Origin: Phoronis australis
Taxonomy: Eukaryota > Animalia > Phoronida
Reading direction: 5' to 3'
DNA: 64,000 nt
Assembly (NCBI GenBank): GCA_002633005.1
Contig: NMRA01000771.1
Coordinates: forward strand, 62,001-126,000
The position numbers and the translations under genes were made by a program. The notes below the pieces were generated by a model. It ran no database searches, was not told the origin of the DNA, and saw nothing but the letters and a program-made list of their open reading frames with translations. Positions 58,233 through 64,000 of this stretch are shown here, piece after piece (the stretch's first letter is position 1; every line of letters begins with the position of its first letter).

Positions 58233-60338
58233 ATGAAGACGGCAAAGCACAGCTATAAAATAAGCCTAAAAATATAAAGTCACTACGTGTGTGATAATGT
58301 AACGATTTTAGTCAATTGCCATTGTTATGTTAGACATTGGTAAATGAATTATAATTAGATTTACTTCAATTCAGTCGCCGGTCAGTACTGAGGCTTGCGC
58401 ACGTATGGCCTAGTATACTTTGCGGGTTGTGATCATGCTTTTGTTTGTTTTATTGTACTATTTAAACTGTATTATGAGCTAATATTACTTATGTTAATAA
58501 ACCTGTCACCCTCTGTCTCGCTCTCTCTGTCTCTTTCTCTCTACTTGCGGGGAGGAATCCCGTTAGCTAGGTAGGATCGTGCCCCCGGCCTGCCTAGTGC
58601 TGCCGTGGAGTGCATCCGGACCGGGGAGTCCTCTGTTGAAAGGCACATTAGTAAAAAGCACTTTCAAAAAAGTGACATTCTGTAGACTGTATACTTATAA
58701 TTGATTTATAAGATTAAAATATTTCTGAATTTCATTTCCTGGCCTGGGCGTGGCCCGACCTTAGGCCCGTCGCAGTCCGGTCGGGTGAAGGCGCTCTTCG
58801 TCGTCACACCGATCTGAGTGTTCTTTTTCGCTTGTACTGAATTTCCCTCAAGAATATGTTAGAAATACTCGAATGTGTAAAAATACTCGGTTGGGTATAT
58901 TCCCAGTAAGGCATTATCATTTGTTGTGGTACGTAATAAGTTAAAATAATCGACGCCCACCTGTATGACCGAAGGCGATGATCCCGGAGAAAAAAGGTGT
59001 CTTGTGTGAAATAGCGTTCCTACAGAATCAAACGCATCTTTCAGAAAAGTCTTACAAAAATGTACACTAAAAGAAAACACAGAAATTGGAAACCTTGTTT
59101 TTTCCAGGAAATTCAGTTCATAAGATTCGGAAAAAGGGAAAAGTTTTCAAAATCGGTTTAGGAAAGCTCCAGCAAGCGAAATCATGAATTAGCGAGAATC
59201 AGGAAACGTATTAAAAACTCTAAGATCATTTTACGAAATCACACGCCGTGGGAAAAATGGACCATCACAGCTACAATGGGTAAAAGTTGTAGTAAACTAT
59301 TTACACTTTCTTGCTAAGGAAACTGAATTCGAAGATTAAAAATCTTTGAATGCGCCCTGAGCGCGTGGAGCGCTTCGAAAAGGAAGCCGGAGATCAATCC
59401 TTGATAAACAAGACTATTTTAGTCTGTTATATTCCATAGTGCTGTATATCAAGGAACTTGCAAATATATATGTAGTAGGAATTACTTACTTCATGCGGGA
59501 ACAAGACGAACGAGTATCCTGAGTGAATTGAAATAAGGTGCAGATCAAACCATATAATAAACAGTTTTCAATTCGTAGGCCTATCAAAAATGTCTTGATA
59601 ATTCGGAAAAACTAAAAACTGTCCAAGAAAATTATTTCTTGACCAAAGAAATTGAAGGCCTTGGTATCTTTAGCAAAACTTGAGAATACAGTACCCTATT
59701 TTTAATTAAACGTTTTTGAAATATCGCAAAAATGTCAAACTGAAAATAATTCAACGTACTCGAAATGCGATTTTATTCTGGCTGGCACCAGAAAGACTGG
59801 AACTGACGCTTGTTTCTTTATACAACGAAGGCACAGGGGCCTACTCTTTACGTATATACGGGTGTGTGTGCGAGTGTATAATTAAACAATGCACTATTAC
59901 AGACCCCTAAATTAGTGATATTCCATCGATTTTGACTGAATATTTAATGTTTCCCACTTATTTTCGGGTTACCAATCCAGTTTAAACATGTCCTTCAAGG
60001 AATTATCTCAGTGCATTGTAAAAATAACTAATTTTTTATAGCCCAGAATTCTTTGTAGGCCCATAAACGAAATGGACCTTACCTAGAAATGTTAAGTGAC
60101 ATAATTGAAGTTCAAGAATTATTACAACCTCAATTTTCTGTGTGGAGGTTAACTTGATTCGCCAAAGAATCCCAATCAAAAAATTTTATGACCTATAAGT
60201 TTATTGGTTAGCAGTGAAACATGCCCAGACAAGTTTTCATTTATTGAGAAGTCAGTAAATATTTTACAAGAAAACAGGTGTTCTATAACTTGATAAAATA
60301 TGAAAGCCAAAAACCTAGCATAAATGGAGCCACAGCTA

Positions 60339-60965
60339 GAATTCGTAAACATTTTTGTACAAACTTAGACCAAAATCGCTTTCAAAATCTTCAATTTTTA
60401 GAGCTCATCTACGAAAGTTGGTACAGTACATATTCATAATGTCTAACTCTTGGAGACAAAACACATGGTATTTAACTTGGTTAACTGTGAGAAGCAAAAA
60501 GCTAACATGACTGGGACCTATTATGAATTTCGCACAAATTTTGCTACATATTCAACCCAATATCGCTTACAAAATCTACAATTTCTGGAGCACATCAGCG
60601 AAAGTTGGTACAGTACATAGTCATCATGTCTAATGAAAGTCTTGGAGACAAAACCACATGTTCCTTAACTTGATTACCTTTGAGAGCTAAAAAACTAGCA
60701 TGACTGAGGCCAATAATGAAATTCGCACAAATTTTAATACATATTCAAACCAAAATCGCTTTCAAAATCAACAATTGTTGGAGCACACCTACGAAACTTG
60801 GTACAGAACACATTCGTAATGTCTAATGAAAGTCTTGAAGACAAAAACACATAATCCTTAACTTGGTTAAATGTGAGAAGCAAAAAGCTAGGATAACTGA
60901 GGCCGCAATTACTAAGTCCCAAATATTCTAATACGCAACCGCTTTCAAAATCTACAACTCTGAAA
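60339..60965. repeat. Tandem array of about 190-bp units, about 3.3 copies
   Basis: Recurrent ATCGCTTwCAAAATC...GAAAsTTGGTACAG...TGTCTAA...CTTGrAGACAAAA starting near 60339, 60525, 60718 and 60911. Confidence 0.8.
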
Positions 60966-61248
60966 TTGTATAAAATATTTTTCTCAATGTGTACTGAAAA
61001 TTCAGGGACCATAAACAGATGTTTTCTCACTTGAATATATACGAGAGCCAAAGAACTAGCATTTTTAGGTAACCATTTGAAAACATCAGAAGCGTGTGTG
61101 TCGTAACCTTGAAGAAGACTTGTCCAAACAGCAACGCAGCTGGAAACGAAGAAAATCAGAAGTTAAACAGTACACAAAAAATCAAGAAATCAGCATAATA
61201 TGTTGTTATGAATTTCTGATAATGGGACAAATTTCCACTTCTCTTTAA

Positions 61249-61902
61249 AGAGGCAAGTGAATGCTCGTCAACAATTGCTGAATAGTTAGGCTGTGGCCGC
61301 GGCCAATTTTGGGGTAGGCCAAGTTTGGGGGCATTTTGTAGGTGGGCATTGCACGTAGGCTCAGTGAATGTGGTTTGTTTGTATTTGTGAACATGCTGTG
61401 AATAAAAAAGGCCACTTTCTTGGCTGTAGCTGCACTCTTCTTCAAGATGGCGGCCCCCGGCTGCAATTGTGCATTGTTTGCGACCGAGAAATTGGCTGTG
61501 ATTTTAGGTAGCCCTCAAACAAGCAAGAATTGCCAAAAAACTAGTTGGTTGACAGTACTTTTGGACCACATTTTCTGAATCGGTAGGAAATTTGCTTTCA
61601 GACTCTAAGGTTGGTTTTAGTCGTGCATCGGCAGGGAAGTGGTGTTTTTCGAGTGAAAAGTGCCGATTTTGCATTTTTTGCCCTTATTTGTCTTAGTCTA
61701 GCTTGGTTTTCAGTGGGAATGAAATGGTCAAAAATACAAGAAAGAATAAAGTTTCTGTGCTCATCTGCTGGGCTTTTTATGTGAAATAATTTAAAACATG
61801 CCATTCTTTGCATCCTGTTTTTGACAGAGTGAAGAAAAGGATACAAATCAAGTGATGTGTGTTTTGCAAGGCAAAACCCAGTGAGAACTGTTCTGTGCCT
61901 CC
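61249..61902. mobile_element. TTAA-bounded 654-bp module with its own short TIRs; candidate long direct repeat (LDR) of a KolobokP-type element
   Basis: TTAA(61245-61248)-AGAGGCA ... TGCCTCC-TTAA(61903-61906). It lies about 420 bp downstream of the transposase stop. Confidence 0.65.
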
Positions 61903-62319
61903 TTAAAAAAATGGTAAAATTTCAAGTTTGAAATATTTCAAAGTTTTGGCACTAATTCTTCTCTCTGTCACAAATCAAAGTGAGAACAATAGTTTTTGTT
62001 GAATATTTTTTCATTTTTTTGTAAAAATTTAAGAAAGAATTGTGTGTGACTGTGTACTTGGACCAGCTGGTGGCACAGGAGCCCGGCAGCTGGGTGTAGA
62101 TGTGGTGCTTGCGATTAACTTTAGACACTCATTAATGCATTTCAAATGACAATTTAATGTTCATCAGCAACAATGTGCTACAGTGCAATTAAAAACAACT
62201 ACAAAACATGCTTTTACAGGTACAACAACCCTCTCTCTGCCATGGCCAGTGCATTCTTCCAAGCTTTTAAGTTCCATTTTTCCAGTTGTCGTTTGGTTTT
62301 TGCTTTGGCTAAAAAACAG

Positions 62320-63999
62320 TTAGTAACTAAGTCCGTAGCTGTGGTCAGTAGCACTAGTCGATGCCATGTTTTCCGTACTGTACACAGATTTGTCAAACAT
62401 ATTCGTGTTGGCCATCCTCTCCCTTAGGTAGTACCTGGCCTTTTTGTATTGTTGGCTCGACTTTCGTGTGGCATGATAAAGCTTTCTGCAGTCCACATTT
62501 CTCAACTTTCTTTTCATGGCACTGTTTTCAGGCACGGATAGTCCTGATGCCTCGGCCAGCTTCACCGTGGATTTCCCTTGTCCCAGGGTTCTGGAATGTA
62601 TGGCTGAATGGCACAGACCCGTGAAATTCCGTGTGTATCGCGAAGTTTTTGGTGCGTATGCATAAACTGCTGCATTTAAACTTTCGCAAATGTTCGTGTT
62701 GAATAGATACTTCATATCTGCTAGCTGTTCCTGGTTGAAGTAGGAGTTGATTTTTGCTTGAATTGTTTTCAAGTCTTTTTCACTGAGTTCTAGATGCCGG
62801 TCATAAGGCAAGTGGCTTGTTGTATAGTTGCTATGATGTGCAATGCACACAGATGATAGCTCGCGACATTGCTGGTGCTGTCCTGAAAAACAGCTAGTAA
62901 CATTGTTCACTGCAGCAGCTCCAATTTTTAAAAATTCATCTTTTCCGATTTTTCTGTTTTTTAGGTTGATGAGCTCTTTTTGTACCCTAGATCGCACTGC
63001 AGATGAAAGTTTCCTCTTATAACCGGTCTTGTTATGTGTCCTGGGCAAACTTTTCAAGTCCGCTTCGTTTACACTCTTTCCCATTCGCCTCAACCTGTGA
63101 ATGAAGCATTTGTAGTGTTTGGGTTTTTTTGTTTTTGCACTGTAGAAATCACGGATGGCCTTTGCCTCTTGACTACTGGCATCAGTCGTAATGCTCCTGA
63201 TATTCAGGTCCACACCACTGTTTTCCACTGATCTGAGGCTGGCTTGTAACAGTGTGCGTTCACTTGATGCAATTGATTTTTCAGCTGGGTAGTTTTTGCT
63301 GCAGTCTTCATGCTTGCACCCGGGAATCCTGCAGTGTTTGTTCGCCGTGGCAAGGGCCAGTGGAAGTTTTCGGGTTGTTGTGTGCTCCACAAGTCCCCCG
63401 AAGCTCTGTTTAGCTTTCTCGCAGCCAGCCTGTGGCCTACTGGAGTAGGAAACGTCAAACTGAACGTCTGCAACACCCTCCCCGCCAGCCAGAGTGGTGA
63501 CTTTCTTAACGTAGCGCTGGTTCTCAATCATTTGTTCTTCGTTCAATTGAGTTACTGTTTGGCTCATGGCATTCATTTTATTCTGCAGGCTGCGATTGGA
63601 TGGTGGCACAATATTCAAGCATGTCAGAATGTTGATTACATCCTCGATTCCCACTTTTGACTTTAGCACAGGCAGTACAGCCTGGCTGTTCAAGGCTCCT
63701 GCTGGTGGCCCAGTCGTCTGCTGCTTGACCTCGTCGGACAATGGCACAGTGGGCGATTTATATTTGCAAACTCTGCAATGCAATGATGCACAGACACATA
63801 GTCCCAGTCTTTTTTCAACAGTTAGTTCTAGTTTTCCAAATTTGCATGCAACCTGATGCACATGTCCCACCAGGCCTGTTAAGCGACGCACGTTAATGAT
63901 GATATTCTCATCCAGTCCCTTGCTGTCACGAATTTTTCTTTCTTTTTCAGTACTTGGCCTAAACCTGTAAGCTGTCACAGCAGCATCACAGTCAGTTAG
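62320..63999 (-). CDS. DDD/E transposase of Kolobok type (KolobokP-like; Mutator-like fold), 5' end beyond the window
   Basis: At least 559 uninterrupted codons, open to the window edge. N-terminal H/C..CxxC zinc motif; catalytic candidates DVQFD, ITTDAS, CFIH and TNICESLN; also NKHC..H..C and GQHQQC...VC motifs, and RNFTGLCHSAIH. Confidence 0.85.
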   Translation of the reverse strand, partial: LTDCDAAVTAYRFRPSTEKERKIRDSKGLDENIIINVRRLTGLVGHVHQVACKFGKLELTVEKRLGLCVCASLHCRVCKYKSPTVPLSDEVKQQTTGPPAGALNSQAVLPVLKSKVGIEDVINILTCLNIVPPSNRSLQNKMNAMSQTVTQLNEEQMIENQRYVKKVTTLAGGEGVADVQFDVSYSSRPQAGCEKAKQSFGGLVEHTTTRKLPLALATANKHCRIPGCKHEDCSKNYPAEKSIASSERTLLQASLRSVENSGVDLNIRSITTDASSQEAKAIRDFYSAKTKKPKHYKCFIHRLRRMGKSVNEADLKSLPRTHNKTGYKRKLSSAVRSRVQKELINLKNRKIGKDEFLKIGAAAVNNVTSCFSGQHQQCRELSSVCIAHHSNYTTSHLPYDRHLELSEKDLKTIQAKINSYFNQEQLADMKYLFNTNICESLNAAVYAYAPKTSRYTRNFTGLCHSAIHSRTLGQGKSTVKLAEASGLSVPENSAMKRKLRNVDCRKLYHATRKSSQQYKKARYYLRERMANTNMFDKSVYSTENMASTSATDHSYGLSY

Positions 64000-64000
64000 G

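Noticed and set aside
62160-62280. Short minus ORF MELKSLEECTGHG...HCC as the His-Me finger nuclease of KolobokP
   Set aside because: Only 37 codons. It has a CxGH-like piece but lacks the SHLC..C.N..HL..E..N core.

Overview
Eukaryotic, AT-rich, intron-containing and repeat-dense DNA with three long N gaps. The transposon content suggests a marine invertebrate (inference). Two host genes can be rebuilt exon by exon with canonical GT-AG sites and consistent phases. One is a 7-exon ZDHHC21-like palmitoyltransferase on + (8378-23511, 281 aa). The other is a convergent 5-exon flavin-containing monooxygenase on - (44365-29419, 428 aa). Most of the rest is mobile DNA: a young Mag-type Ty3/Gypsy LTR retrotransposon with a crippled integrase (49970-55738), a decayed Penelope-like element with inverted arms, Helentron-associated (HINE) elements carrying higher-order tandem repeats, several MITE families including a triple nest, and hAT and THAP fossils. 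The most unusual element is at the right edge: an uninterrupted Kolobok-type DDE transposase next to a 654-bp module bounded by TTAA and its own short TIRs. This fits the composite-like KolobokP architecture, but its far end lies outside the window. I found no CRISPR array, rRNA or bona fide tRNA gene. All family assignments come from motif recognition; no database search was run.
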